Assembly (NCBI GenBank): GCA_964016885.1
Contig: OZ024759.1
Span: 1,984,001 to 2,048,000 of the forward strand
Length of the DNA stretch: 64,000 nucleotides
Source: Eledone cirrhosa
Taxonomy: Eukaryota
Direction of reading: 5' to 3'
Shown: positions 29,355 to 45,479 of the stretch, piece by piece
Layout of the letters: the number at the start of each line of letters is the position of its first letter
Position numbering within the stretch: the first letter of the stretch is position 1
Position numbers and translations under genes: made by a program
Notes under the pieces: model-generated
Seen by the model: only the letters and a program-made list of their open reading frames with translations
Told to the model about the DNA's origin: nothing
Databases searched by the model: none

Positions 29355-32300
29355 AGTAACATGACACAGTCTATATTAGTAACATGAGACAGTCTATATT
29401 AGTAACATGACTAAGTCTATATTAGTAACATGACACAGTCTATATTAGTAACATGACACAGTCTATATTAGTAACATGACAAAGTCTATATTAGTTACAT
29501 GACAAAGTCTATATTAGTAACATGACAAAGTCTTTATTAGTAACATGACACAGTCTATATTAGTAGCATGACACAGTCTATATTAGTAACATGACAGTCT
29601 ATATTAGTAACATGACACAGTCTATATTAGTAACATGACAAAGTCTACATTAGTAACATGACAAAGTCTATATTAGTAACATGACAAGGTCTGTATTAGT
29701 AACATGACACACTCTATATTAGTAGCATGACACAGTCTATATTAGTAACATGATACAGTCTATATTAGTAACATGACAAAGTCTATATTAGTAACATGAC
29801 AAAGTCTATATTAGTAAAATGACAAAGTCTATATTAGTAACATGACAAAGTCTTTATTAGTAACATGACACAGTCTATATTAGTAGCATGACAAAGTCTG
29901 TATTAGTAACATGACAAAGTCTATATTAGTAACATGACAAAGTCTACATTAGTAACATGACAAAGTCTATATTAGTAACATGACACAGTCTATATTATTA
30001 ACATGACAAAGTCTATATTAGTAGCATGACAAAGTCTATATTAGTAACATGACAAAGTCTATATTAGTAACATGACAAAGTCTATATTAGTAACATGACA
30101 AAGTCTATATTAGTAACATGACAAAGTCGATATTAGTAACATGACAAAGTCTATATTAGTAACATGACACAGTATATATTAGTAACATGACAGTCTATAT
30201 TAGTAACATGACAGTCTACATTAGTAACATGACACAGTCTATATTAGTAACATGACAAAGTCGATATTAGTAACATGACAATGTCTATATTAGTAACATG
30301 ACAAAGTCTATATTAGTAACATGACACAGTCTATATTACTAACATGACACAGTCTATATTAGTAACATGACACAGTCTATATTAGTAACATGACAAAGTG
30401 TATATTAGTAACATGACAAAGTCTATATTAGTAACATGACAAAGTCTATATTAGTAACATGACACAGTCTATATTAGTAACATGACACAGTCTATATTAG
30501 TAGCATGACACAGTCTATATTAGTAACATGATACAGTCTATATTAGTAACATGACAAAGTCTATATTAGTAACATGACAAAGTCTATATTAGTAAAATGA
30601 CAAAGTCTATATTAGTAACATGACAAAGTCTTTATTAGTAACATGACACAGTCTATATATGTAACATGACACAGTCTATATTAGTAACATGACAAAGTCT
30701 ATATTAGTAACATGACAAAGTCTATATTAGTAACATGACACAGTCTATATTAGTAACATCACACAGTCTATATTAGTAACATGACAAAGTCTATATTAGT
30801 AACATGACAAAGTCTATATTAGTAACATGACACAGTCTATATTAGTAACATGACACAGTCTATATTAGTAACATGACACAGTCTTTATTAGTAACATGAG
30901 ACAGTCTATATTAGTAGCATGACAAAGTCTATATTAGTAACATGACACAGTCTACATTAGTAACATGACAAAGTCTATATTAGTAACATGACACAGTCTA
31001 TATTAGTAACATGAGACAGTCTATATTAGTAACATGACACAGTCTTTATTAGTAACATGAGACAGTCTATATTAGTAGCATGACAAAGTCTATATTAGTA
31101 ACATGACACAGTCTACATTAGTAACATGACAAAGTCTATATTAGTAACATGACACAGTCTATATTAGTAACATGAGACAGTCTATATTAGTAACATGACT
31201 AAGTCTATATTAGTAACATGACACAGTCTATATTAGTAACATGACACAGTCTATATTAGTAACATGACAAAGTCTATATTAGTTACATGACAAAGTCTAT
31301 ATTAGTAACATGACAAAGTCTTTATTAGTAACATGACACAGTCTATATTAGTAGCATGACACAGTCTATATTAGTAACATGACAGTCTATATTAGTAACA
31401 TGACACAGTCTATATTAGTAACATGACAAAGTCTACATTAGTAACATGACAAAGTCTATATTAGTAACATGACAAGGTCTGTATTAGTAACATGACACAC
31501 TCTATATTAGTAGCATGACACAGTCTATATTAGTAACATGATACAGTCTATATTAGTAACATGACAAAGTCTATATTAGTAACATGACAAAGTCTATATT
31601 AGTAAAATGACAAAGTCTATATTAGTAACATGACAAAGTCTTTATTAGTAACATGACACAGTCTATATTAGTAGCATGACAAAGTCTGTATTAGTAACAT
31701 GACAAAGTCTATATTAGTAACATGACAAAGTCTACATTAGTAACATGACAAAGTCTATATTAGTAACATGACACAGTCTATATTATTAACATGACAAAGT
31801 CTATATTAGTAGCATGACAAAGTCTATATTAGTAACATGACAAAGTCTATATTAGTAACATGACAAAGTCTATATTAGTAACATGACAAAGTCTATATTA
31901 GTAACATGACAAAGTCGATATTAGTAACATGACAAAGTCTATATTAGTAACATGACACAGTATATATTAGTAACATGACAGTCTATATTAGTAACATGAC
32001 AGTCTACATTAGTAACATGACACAGTCTATATTAGTAACATGACAAAGTCGATATTAGTAACATGACAATGTCTATATTAGTAACATGACAAAGTCTATA
32101 TTAGTAACATGACACAGTCTATATTACTAACATGACACAGTCTATATTAGTAACATGACACAGTCTATATTAGTAACATGACAAAGTGTATATTAGTAAC
32201 ATGACAAAGTCTATATTAGTAACATGACAAAGTCTATATTAGTAACATGACACAGTCTATATTAGTAACATGACACAGTCTATATTAGTAGCATGACACA

Positions 32301-32823
32301 GTCTATATTAGTAACATGATACAGTCTATATTAGTAACATGACAAAGTCTATATTAGTAACATGACAAAGTCTATATTAGTAAAATGACAAAGTCTATAT
32401 TAGTAACATGACAAAGTCTTTATTAGTAACATGACACAGTCTATATATGTAACATGACACAGTCTATATTAGTAACATGACAAAGTCTATATTAGTAACA
32501 TGACAAAGTCTATATTAGTAACATGACACAGTCTATATTAGTAACATCACACAGTCTATATTAGTAACATGACAAAGTCTATATTAGTAACATGACAAAG
32601 TCTATATTAGTAACATGACACAGTCTATATTAGTAACATGACACAGTCTATATTAGTAACATGACACAGTCTTTATTAGTAACATGAGACAGTCTATATT
32701 AGTAGCATGACAAAGTCTATATTAGTAACATGACACAGTCTACATTAGTAACATGACAAAGTCTATATTAGTAACATGACACAGTCTATATTAGTAACAT
32801 GAGACAGTCTATATTAGTAACAT
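29355..32823 (+). repeat. Duplication with period 1788 bp (78 monomers)
   Basis: AAAGTGTAT (variant base at 30400 and 32188) and CTATATATGT (about 30655 and 32443). 1788 = 78x23-6. Confidence 0.85.
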
Positions 32824-33249
32824 GACTAAGTCTATATTAGTAACATGACACAGTCTATATTAGTAACATGACACAGTCTATATTAGTAACATGACAAAGT
32901 CTATATTAGTTACATGACAAAGTCTATATTAGTAACATGACAAAGTCTATATTAGTAACATGACACAGTCTATATTAGTAACATGACGAAGTCTATATTA
33001 GTAACATGACACAGTCTATATTAGTAACATGACACAGTCTATATTAGTAACATGAAAAAGTCTATATTAGTAACATGACAAAGTCTATATTAGTAACATG
33101 ACAAAGTCTATATTAGTAACATGACAAAGTTTATATTAGTAGCATGACACAGTCTATATTAGCAACATGACAAAGTCTATATTAGTAACATGACACAGTC
33201 TATATTAGTAACATGACAAAGTCTACATTAGTAACATGACAAAGTCTAT

Positions 33250-36200
33250 ATTAGTAACATGACAAGGTCTGTATTAGTAACATGACAAGGTCTATATTAG
33301 TAGCATGACACAGTCTATATTAGTAACATGATACAGTCTATATTAGTAACATGACAAAGTCTATATTAGTAACATGACAAAGTCTATATTAGTAAAATGA
33401 CAAAGTCTATATTAGTAACATGACAAAGTCTTTATTAGTTACATGACACAGTCTATATTAGTAACATGACACAGTCTATATTAGTAACATGACAAAGTCT
33501 ATATTAGTAACATGACAAAGTCTATATTAGTAACATGACAAAGTCTATATTAGTAAAATGACAAAGTCTATATTAGTAACATGACAAAGTCTTTATTAGT
33601 AACATGACACAGTCTATATTAGTAACATGACACAGTCTATATTAGTAACATGACAAAGTCTATATTAGTAACATGACACAGTCTATATTAGTAACATGAC
33701 ACAGTCTATATTAGTAACATGACACAGTCTATATTAGTAACATGACAAAGTCTATATTAGTAACATGACAATGTCTATATTAGTAGCATGACAAAGTCTG
33801 TATTAGTAACATGACAAAGTCTATATTAGTAACATGACAAAGTCTGTATTAGTAACATGACAAAGTCTATATTAGTAGCATGACACAGTCTATATTAGTA
33901 ACATGAAAAAGTCTATATTAGTAACATGACAAAGTCTATATTAGTAACATGACAAAGTCTATATTAGTAACATGACAAAGTCTATATTAGTAGCATGACA
34001 CAGTCTATATTAGCAACATGACAAAGTCTATATTAGTAACATGACACAGTCTATATTAGTAACATGACACAGTCTATATTAGTAACATGACACAGTCTAT
34101 ATTAGTAACATGACAAAGTCTACATTAGTAACATGACAAAGTCTATATTAGTAACATGACAAGGTCTGTATTAGTAACATGACACACTCTATATTAGTAG
34201 CATGACACAGTCTATATTAGTAACATGATACAGTCTATATTAGTAACATGACAAAGTATATATTAGTAACATGACAAAGTCTATATTAGTAAAATGACAA
34301 AGTCTATATTAGTAACATGACAAAGTCTTTATTAGTAACATGACACAGTCTATATTAGTAGCATGACAAAGTCTGTATTAGTAACATGACAAAGTCTATA
34401 TTAGTAACATGACACAGTCTATATTAGTAACAAGACAAAGTCGATATTAGTAACATGACAATGTCTATATTAGTAACATGACAAAGTCTATATTAGTAAC
34501 ATGACAGTCTATATTACTAACATGACACAGTCTATATTAGTAACATGACACAGTCTATATTAGTAACATGACAAAGTCTATATTAGTAACATGACAAAGT
34601 CTATATTAGTAACATGACAAAGTCTATATTAGTAACATGACACAGTCTATATTAGTAACATGACACAGTCTATATGAGTAGCATGACACAGTCCATATTA
34701 GTAACATGATACAGTCTATATTAGTAACATGACAAAGTCTATATTAGTAACATGACAAAGTCTATATTAGTAAAATGACAAAGTCTATATTAGTAACATG
34801 ACAAAGTCTTTATTAGTAACATGACACAGTCTATATTAGTAACATGACACAGTCTATATTAGTAACATGACAAAGTCTATATTAGTAACATGACAAAGTC
34901 TATATTAGTAACATGACAAAGTCCATATTAGTAACATGACAAAGTCTATATTAGTAACATGACACAGTCTATATTAGTAACATGACACAGTCTAGATTAG
35001 TAACATGACACAGTCTATATTAGTAACATGAGACAGTCTATATTAGTAGCATGACAAAGTCTATATTAGTAACATGACACAGTCTACATTAGTAACATGA
35101 CAAAGTCTATATTAGTAACATGACACAGTCTATATTAGTAACATGAGACAGTCTATATTAGTAACATGACACAGTCTATATTAATAACATGACACAGTCT
35201 ATATTAGTAACATGACAAAGTCTATATTAGTAACATGACAAAGTCTATATTAGTAACATGACAAAGTCTATATTAGTAACATGACAAAGTCTATATTAGT
35301 AACATGACACAGTCTATGTTAGCAACATGACAAAGTCTATATTAGTAACATGACACAGTCTATATTAGTAACATGACACAGTCTATATTAGTAACATGAC
35401 ACAGTCTATATTATTAACATGACAAAGTCTATATTAGTAACATGACACAGTCTATATTAGTAACATGAGACAGTCTATATTAGTAACATGACTAAGTCTA
35501 TATTAGTAACATGACACAGTCTATATTAGTAACATGACACAGTCTATATTAGTAACATGACAAAGTCTATATTAGTTACATGACAAAGTCTATATTAGTA
35601 ACATGACAAAGTCTATATTAGTAACATGACACAGTCTATATTAGTAACATGACGAAGTCTATATTAGTAACATGACACAGTCTATATTAGTAACATGACA
35701 CAGTCTATATTAGTAACATGAAAAAGTCTATATTAGTAACATGACAAAGTCTATATTAGTAACATGACAAGGTCTGTATTAGTAACATGACAAGGTCTAT
35801 ATTAGTAGCATGACACAGTCTATATTAGTAACATGATACAGTCTATATTAGTAACATGACAAAGTCTATATTAGTAACATGACAAAGTCTATATTAGTAA
35901 AATGACAAAGTCTATATTAGTAACATGACAAAGTCTTTATTAGTTACATGACACAGTCTATATTAGTAACATGACACAGTCTATATTAGTAACATGACAA
36001 AGTCTATATTAGTAACATGACAAAGTCTATATTAGTAACATGACAAAGTCTATATTAGTAAAATGACAAAGTCTATATTAGTAACATGACAAAGTCTTTA
36101 TTAGTAACATGACACAGTCTATATTAGTAACATGACACAGTCTATATTAGTAACATGACAAAGTCTATATTAGTAACATGACACAGTCTATATTAGTAAC

Positions 36201-39200
36201 ATGACACAGTCTATATTAGTAACATGACACAGTCTATATTAGTAACATGACAAAGTCTATATTAGTAACATGACAATGTCTATATTAGTAGCATGACAAA
36301 GTCTGTATTAGTAACATGACAAAGTCTATATTAGTAACATGACAAAGTCTGTATTAGTAACATGACAAAGTCTATATTAGTAGCATGACACAGTCTATAT
36401 TAGTAACATGAAAAAGTCTATATTAGTAACATGACAAAGTCTATATTAGTAACATGACAAAGTCTATATTAGTAACATGACAAAGTCTATATTAGTAGCA
36501 TGACACAGTCTATATTAGCAACATGACAAAGTCTATATTAGTAACATGACACAGTCTATATTAGTAACATGACACAGTCTATATTAGTAACATGACACAG
36601 TCTATATTAGTAACATGACAAAGTCTACATTAGTAACATGACAAAGTCTATATTAGTAACATGACAAGGTCTGTATTAGTAACATGACACACTCTATATT
36701 AGTAGCATGACACAGTCTATATTAGTAACATGATACAGTCTATATTAGTAACATGACAAAGTCTATATTAGTAACATGACAAAGTCTATATTAGTAAAAT
36801 GACAAAGTCTATATTAGTAACATGACAAAGTCTTTATTAGTAACATGACACAGTCTATATTAGTAGCATGACAAAGTCTGTATTAGTAACATGACAAAGT
36901 CTATATTAGTAACATGACACAGTCTATATTAGTAACAAGACAAAGTCGATATTAGTAACATGACAATGTCTATATTAGTAACATGACAAAGTCTATATTA
37001 GTAACATGACAGTCTATATTACTAACATGACACAGTCTATATTAGTAACATGACACAGTCTATATTAGTAACATGACAAAGTCTATATTAGTAACATGAC
37101 AAAGTCTATATTAGTAACATGACAAAGTCTATATTAGTAACATGACACAGTCTATATTAGTAACATGACACAGTCTATATTAGTAGCATGACACAGTCCA
37201 TATTAGTAACATGATACAGTCTATATTAGTAACATGACAAAGTCTATATTAGTAACATGACAAAGTCTATATTAGTAAAATGACAAAGTCTATATTAGTA
37301 ACATGACAAAGTCTTTATTAGTAACATGACACAGTCTATATTAGTAACATGACACAGTCTATATTAGTAACATGACAAAGTCTATATTAGTAACATGACA
37401 AAGTCTATATTAGTAACATGACAAAGTCCATATTAGTAACATGACAAAGTCTATATTAGTAACATGACACAGTCTATATTAGTAACATGACACAGTCTAG
37501 ATTAGTAACATGACACAGTCTATATTAGTAACATGAGACAGTCTATATTAGTAGCATGACAAAGTCTATATTAGTAACATGACACAGTCTACATTAGTAA
37601 CATGACAAAGTCTATATTAGTAACATGACACAGTCTATATTAGTAACATGAGACAGTCTATATTAGTAACATGACACAGTCTATATTAATAACATGACAC
37701 AGTCTATATTAGTAACATGACAAAGTCTATATTAGTAACATGACAAAGTCTATATTAGTAACATGACAAAGTCTATATTAGTAACATGACAAAGTCTATA
37801 TTAGTAACATGACACAGTCTATGTTAGCAACATGACAAAGTCTATATTAGTAACATGACACAGTCTACATTAGTAACATGACAAAGTCTATATTAGTAAC
37901 ATGACACAGTCTATATTAGTAACATGAGACAGTCTATATTAGTAACATGACACAGTCTATATTAATAACATGACACAGTCTATATTAGTAACATGACAAA
38001 GTCTATATTAGTAACATGACAAAGTCTATATTAGTAACATGACAAAGTCTATATTAGTAACATGACAAAGTCTATATTAGTAACATGACACAGTCTATGT
38101 TAGCAACATGACAAAGTCTATATTAGTAACATGACACAGTCTATATTAGTAACATGACACAGTCTATATTAGTAACATGACACAGTCTATATTATTAACA
38201 TGACAAAGTCTATATTAGTAACATGACACAGTCTATATTAGTAACATGAGACAGTCTATATTAGTAACATGACTAAGTCTATATTAGTAACATGACACAG
38301 TCTATATTAGTAACATGACACAGTCTATATTAGTAACATGACAAAGTCTATATTAGTTACATGACAAAGTCTATATTAGTAACATGACAAAGTCTATATT
38401 AGTAACATGACACAGTCTATATTAGTAACATGACGAAGTCTATATTAGTAACATGACACAGTCTATATTAGTAACATGACACAGTCTATATTAGTAACAT
38501 GAAAAAGTCTATATTAGTAACATGACAAAGTCTATATTAGTAACATGACAAGGTCTGTATTAGTAACATGACAAGGTCTATATTAGTAGCATGACACAGT
38601 CTATATTAGTAACATGATACAGTCTATATTAGTAACATGACAAAGTCTATATTAGTAACATGACAAAGTCTATATTAGTAAAATGACAAAGTCTATATTA
38701 GTAACATGACAAAGTCTTTATTAGTTACATGACACAGTCTATATTAGTAACATGACACAGTCTATATTAGTAACATGACAAAGTCTATATTAGTAACATG
38801 ACAAAGTCTATATTAGTAACATGACAAAGTCTATATTAGTAAAATGACAAAGTCTATATTAGTAACATGACAAAGTCTTTATTAGTAACATGACACAGTC
38901 TATATTAGTAACATGACACAGTCTATATTAGTAACATGACAAAGTCTATATTAGTAACATGACACAGTCTATATTAGTAACATGACACAGTCTATATTAG
39001 TAACATGACACAGTCTATATTAGTAACATGACAAAGTCTATATTAGTAACATGACAATGTCTATATTAGTAGCATGACAAAGTCTGTATTAGTAACATGA
39101 CAAAGTCTATATTAGTAACATGACAAAGTCTGTATTAGTAACATGACAAAGTCTATATTAGTAGCATGACACAGTCTATATTAGTAACATGAAAAAGTCT

Positions 39201-41030
39201 ATATTAGTAACATGACAAAGTCTATATTAGTAACATGACAAAGTCTATATTAGTAACATGACAAAGTCTATATTAGTAGCATGACACAGTCTATATTAGC
39301 AACATGACAAAGTCTATATTAGTAACATGACACAGTCTATATTAGTAACATGACACAGTCTATATTAGTAACATGACACAGTCTATATTAGTAACATGAC
39401 AAAGTCTACATTAGTAACATGACAAAGTCTATATTAGTAACATGACAAGGTCTGTATTAGTAACATGACACACTCTATATTAGTAGCATGACACAGTCTA
39501 TATTAGTAACATGATACAGTCTATATTAGTAACATGACAAAGTCTATATTAGTAACATGACAAAGTCTATATTAGTAAAATGACAAAGTCTATATTAGTA
39601 ACATGACAAAGTCTTTATTAGTAACATGACACAGTCTATATTAGTAGCATGACAAAGTCTGTATTAGTAACATGACAAAGTCTATATTAGTAACATGACA
39701 CAGTCTATATTAGTAACAAGACAAAGTCGATATTAGTAACATGACAATGTCTATATTAGTAACATGACAAAGTCTATATTAGTAACATGACAGTCTATAT
39801 TACTAACATGACACAGTCTATATTAGTAACATGACACAGTCTATATTAGTAACATGACAAAGTCTATATTAGTAACATGACAAAGTCTATATTAGTAACA
39901 TGACAAAGTCTATATTAGTAACATGACACAGTCTATATTAGTAACATGACACAGTCTATATTAGTAGCATGACACAGTCCATATTAGTAACATGATACAG
40001 TCTATATTAGTAACATGACAAAGTCTATATTAGTAACATGACAAAGTCTATATTAGTAAAATGACAAAGTCTATATTAGTAACATGACAAAGTCTTTATT
40101 AGTAACATGACACAGTCTATATTAGTAACATGACACAGTCTATATTAGTAACATGACAAAGTCTATATTAGTAACATGACAAAGTCTATATTAGTAACAT
40201 GACAAAGTCCATATTAGTAACATGACAAAGTCTATATTAGTAACATGACACAGTCTATATTAGTAACATGACACAGTCTAGATTAGTAACATGACACAGT
40301 CTATATTAGTAACATGAGACAGTCTATATTAGTAGCATGACAAAGTCTATATTAGTAACATGACACAGTCTACATTAGTAACATGACAAAGTCTATATTA
40401 GTAACATGACACAGTCTATATTAGTAACATGAGACAGTCTATATTAGTAACATGACACAGTCTATATTAATAACATGACACAGTCTATATTAGTAACATG
40501 ACAAAGTCTATATTAGTAACATGACAAAGTCTATATTAGTAACATGACAAAGTCTATATTAGTAACATGACAAAGTCTATATTAGTAACATGACACAGTC
40601 TATGTTAGCAACATGACAAAGTCTATATTAGTAACATGACACAGTCTATATTAGTAACATGACACAGTCTATATTAGTAACATGACACAGTCTATATTAT
40701 TAACATGACAAAGTCTATATTAGTAACATGACACAGTCTATATTAGTAACATGAGACAGTCTATATTAGTAACATGACTAAGTCTATATTAGTAACATGA
40801 CACAGTCTATATTAGTAACATGACACAGTCTATATTAGTAACATGACAAAGTCTATATTAGTTACATGACAAAGTCTATATTAGTAACATGACAAAGTCT
40901 ATATTAGTAACATGACACAGTCTATATTAGTAACATGACGAAGTCTATATTAGTAACATGACACAGTCTATATTAGTAACATGACACAGTCTATATTAGT
41001 AACATGAAAAAGTCTATATTAGTAACATGA
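33250..41030 (+). repeat. Three-copy higher-order unit with periods 2505 and 2781 bp (109 and 121 monomers)
   Basis: AACAAGAC variant base at 34433, 36938 and 39719, with accompanying GTCCAT and TCTAGA markers. 2505 = 109x23-2 and 2781 = 121x23-2. Confidence 0.83.
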
Positions 41031-44000
41031 CAAAGTATATATTAGTAACATGACAAAGTCTATATTAGTAACATGACAAAGTCTATATTAGTAGCATGAC
41101 ACAGTCTATATTAGCAACATGACAAAGTCTATATTAGTAACATGACACAGTCTATATTAGTAACATGACACAGTCTATATTAGTAACATGACACAGTCTA
41201 TATTAGTAACATGACAAAGTCTACATTAGTAACATGACAAAGTCTATATTAGTAACATGACAAGGTCTATATTAGTAACATGACACAGGCTATATTAGTA
41301 GCATGACACAGTCTATATTAGTAACATGATACAGTCTATATTAGTAACATGACAAAGTCTATATTAGTAACATGACAAAGTCTATATTAGTAAAATGACA
41401 AAGTCTATATTAGTAACATGACAAAGTCTTTATTAGTAACATGACACAGTCTATATTAGTAACATGACACAGTCTATATTAGTAACATGACAAAGTCTAT
41501 ATTAGTAGCATGACAAAGTCTATATTAGTAACATGACAAAGTCTATATTAGTAACATGACACAGTCTATATTAGTAACATGACAAAGTCTATATTAGTTA
41601 CATGACAAGGTCGATATTAGTAACATGACACAGTCTATATTAGTAACATGACGAAGTCTATATTAGTAACATGACACAGTCTATATTAGTAACATGACAC
41701 AGTCTATATTAGTAACATGAAAAAGTCTATATTAGTAACATGACAAAGTCTATATTAGTAACATGACAAAGTCTATATTAGTAACATGACAAAGTCTATA
41801 TTAGTAGCATGACACAGTCTATATTAGCAACATGACAAAGTCTATATTAGTAACATGACACAGTCTATATTAGTAACATGACACAGTCTATATTAGTAAC
41901 ATGACACAGTCTATATTAGTAACATGACTAAGTCTATATTAGTAACATGACAAAGTCTATATTAGTAACATGACAAGGTCTGTATTAGTAACATGACACA
42001 GTCTATATTAGTAGCATGACACAGTCTATATTAGTAACATGATACAGTCTATATTAGTAACATGACAAAGTCTATATTAGTAACATGACAAAGTCTATAT
42101 TAGTAAAATGACAAAGTCTATATTAGTAACATGACAAAGTCTTTATTAGTTACATGACACAGTCTATATTAGTAACATGACACAGTCTATATTAGTAACA
42201 TGACAAAGCCTATATTAGTAACATGACAAAGTCTATATTAGTAACATGACAAAGTCTATATTAGTAAAATGACAAAGTCTATATTAGTAACATGACAAAG
42301 TCTTTATTAGTAACATGACACAGTCTATATTAGTAACATGACACAGTCTATATTAGTAACATGACAAAGTCTATATTAGTAACATGACACAGTCTATATT
42401 AGTAACATGACACAGTCTATATTAGTAACATGACACAGTCTATATTAGTAACATGACAAAGTCTATATTAGTAACATGACAATGTCTATATTAGTAGCAT
42501 GACAAAGTCTGTATTAGTAACATGACAAAGTCTATATTAGTAACATGACAAAGTCTGTATTAGTAACATGACAAAGTCTATATTAGTAGCATGACACAGT
42601 CTATATTAGTAACATGAAAAAGTCTATATTAGTAACATGACAAAGTCTATATTAGTAACATGACAAAGTCTATATTAGTAACATGACAAAGTCTATATTA
42701 GTAGCATGACACAGTCTATATTAGCAACATGACAAAGTCTATATTAGTAACATGACACAGTCTATATTAGTAACATGACACAGTCTATATTAGTAACATG
42801 ACACAGTCTATATTAGTAACATGACAAAGTCTACATTAGTAACATGACAAAGTCTATATTAGTAACATGACAAGGTCTGTATTAGTAACATGACACACTC
42901 TATATTAGTAGCATGACACAGTCTATATTAGTAACATGATACAGTCTATATTAGTAACATGACAAAGTCTATATTAGTAACATGACAAAGTCTATATTAG
43001 TAACATGACACAGTCTATATTAGTAACATGACACAGTCTATATTAGTAGCATGACACAGTCCATATTAGTAACATGATACAGTCTATATTAGTAACATGA
43101 CAAAGTCTATATTAGTAACATGACAAAGTCTATATTAGTAAAATGACAAAGTCTATATTAGTAACATGACAAAGTCTTTATTAGTAACATGACACAGTCT
43201 ATATTAGTAACATGACACAGTCTATATTAGTAACATGAGACAGTCTATATTAGTAGCATGACAAAGTCTATATTAGTAACATGACACAGTCTACATTAGT
43301 AACATGACAAAGTCTATATTAGTAACATGACACAGTCTATATTAGTAACATGAGACAGTCTATATTAGTAACATGACACAGTCTATATTAATAACATGAC
43401 ACAGTCTATATTAGTAACATGACAAAGTCTATATTAGTAACATGACAAAGTCTATATTAGTAACATGACAAAGTCTATATTAGTAACATGACAAAGTCTA
43501 TATTAGTAACATGACACAGTCTATGTTAGCAACATGACAAAGTCTATATTAGTAACATGACACAGTCTATATTAGTAACATGACACAGTCTATATTAGTA
43601 ACATGACACAGTCTATATTATTAACATGACAAAGTCTATATTAGTAACATGACACAGTCTATATTAGTAACATGAGACAGTCTATATTAGTAACATGACT
43701 AAGTCTATATTAGTAACATGACACAGTCTATATTAGTAACATGACACAGTCTATATTAGTAACATGACAAAGTCTATATTAGTTACATGACAAAGTCTAT
43801 ATTAGTAACATGACAAAGTCTATATTAGTAACATGACACAGTCTATATTAGTAACATGACGAAGTCTATATTAGTAACATGACACAGTCTATATTAGTAA
43901 CATGACACAGTCTATATTAGTAACATGAAAAAGTCTATATTAGTAACATGACAAAGTATATATTAGTAACATGACAAAGTCTATATTAGTAACATGACAA

Positions 44001-45479
44001 AGTCTATATTAGTAGCATGACACAGTCTATATTAGCAACATGACAAAGTCTATATTAGTAACATGACACAGTCTATATTAGTAACATGACACAGTCTATA
44101 TTAGTAACATGACACAGTCTATATTAGTAACATGACAAAGTCTACATTAGTAACATGACAAAGTCTATATTAGTAACATGACAAGGTCTATATTAGTAAC
44201 ATGACACAGGCTATATTAGTAGCATGACACAGTCTATATTAGTAACATGATACAGTCTATATTAGTAACATGACAAAGTCTATATTAGTAACATGACAAA
44301 GTCTATATTAGTAAAATTACAAAGTCTATATTAGTAACATGACAAAGTCTTTATTAGTAACATGACACAGTCTATATTAGTAACATGACACAGTCTATAT
44401 TAGTAACATGACAAAGTCTATATTAGTAGCATGACAAAGTCTATATTAGTAACATGACAAAGTCTATATTAGTAACATGACACAGTCTATATTAGTAACA
44501 TGACAAAGTCTATATTAGTTACATGACAAGGTCGATATTAGTAACATGACACAGTCTATATTAGTAACATGACGAAGTCTATATTAGTAACATGACACAG
44601 TCTATATTAGTAACATGACACAGTCTATATTAGTAACATGAAAAAGTCTATATTAGTAACATGACAAAGTCTATATTAGTAACATGACAAAGTCTATATT
44701 AGTAACATGACAAAGTCTATATTAGTAGCATGACACAGTCTATATTAGCAACATGACAAAGTCTATATTAGTAACATGACACAGTCTATATTAGTAACAT
44801 GACACAGTCTATATTAGTAACATGACACAGTCTATATTAGTAACATGACAAAGTCTACATTAGTAACATGACAAAGTCTATATTAGTAACATGACAAGGT
44901 CTGTATTAGTAACATGACACAGTCTATATTAGTAGCATGACACAGTCTATATTAGTAACATGATACAGTCTATATTAGTAACATGACAAAGTCTATATTA
45001 GTAACATGACAAAGTCTATATTAGTAAAATGACAAAGTCTATATTAGTAACATGACAAAGTCTTTATTAGTAACATGACAAAGTCTATATTAGTAAAATG
45101 ACAAAGTCTATATTAGTAACATGACAAAGTCTTTATTAGTAACATGACACAGTCTATATTAGTAACATGACACAGTCTATATTAGTAACATGACAAAGTC
45201 TATATTAGTAACATGACACAGTCTATATTAGTAACATGACACAGTCTATATTAGTAACATGACACAGTCTATATTATTAACATGACAAAGTCTATATTAG
45301 TAACATGACACAGTCTATATTAGTAACATGAGACAGTCTATATTAGTAACATGACTAAGTCTATATTAGTAACATGACACAGTCTATATTAGTAACATGA
45401 CACAGTCTATATTAGTAACATGACAAAGTCTATATTAGTTACATGACAAAGTCTATATTAGTAACATGACAAAGTCTAT

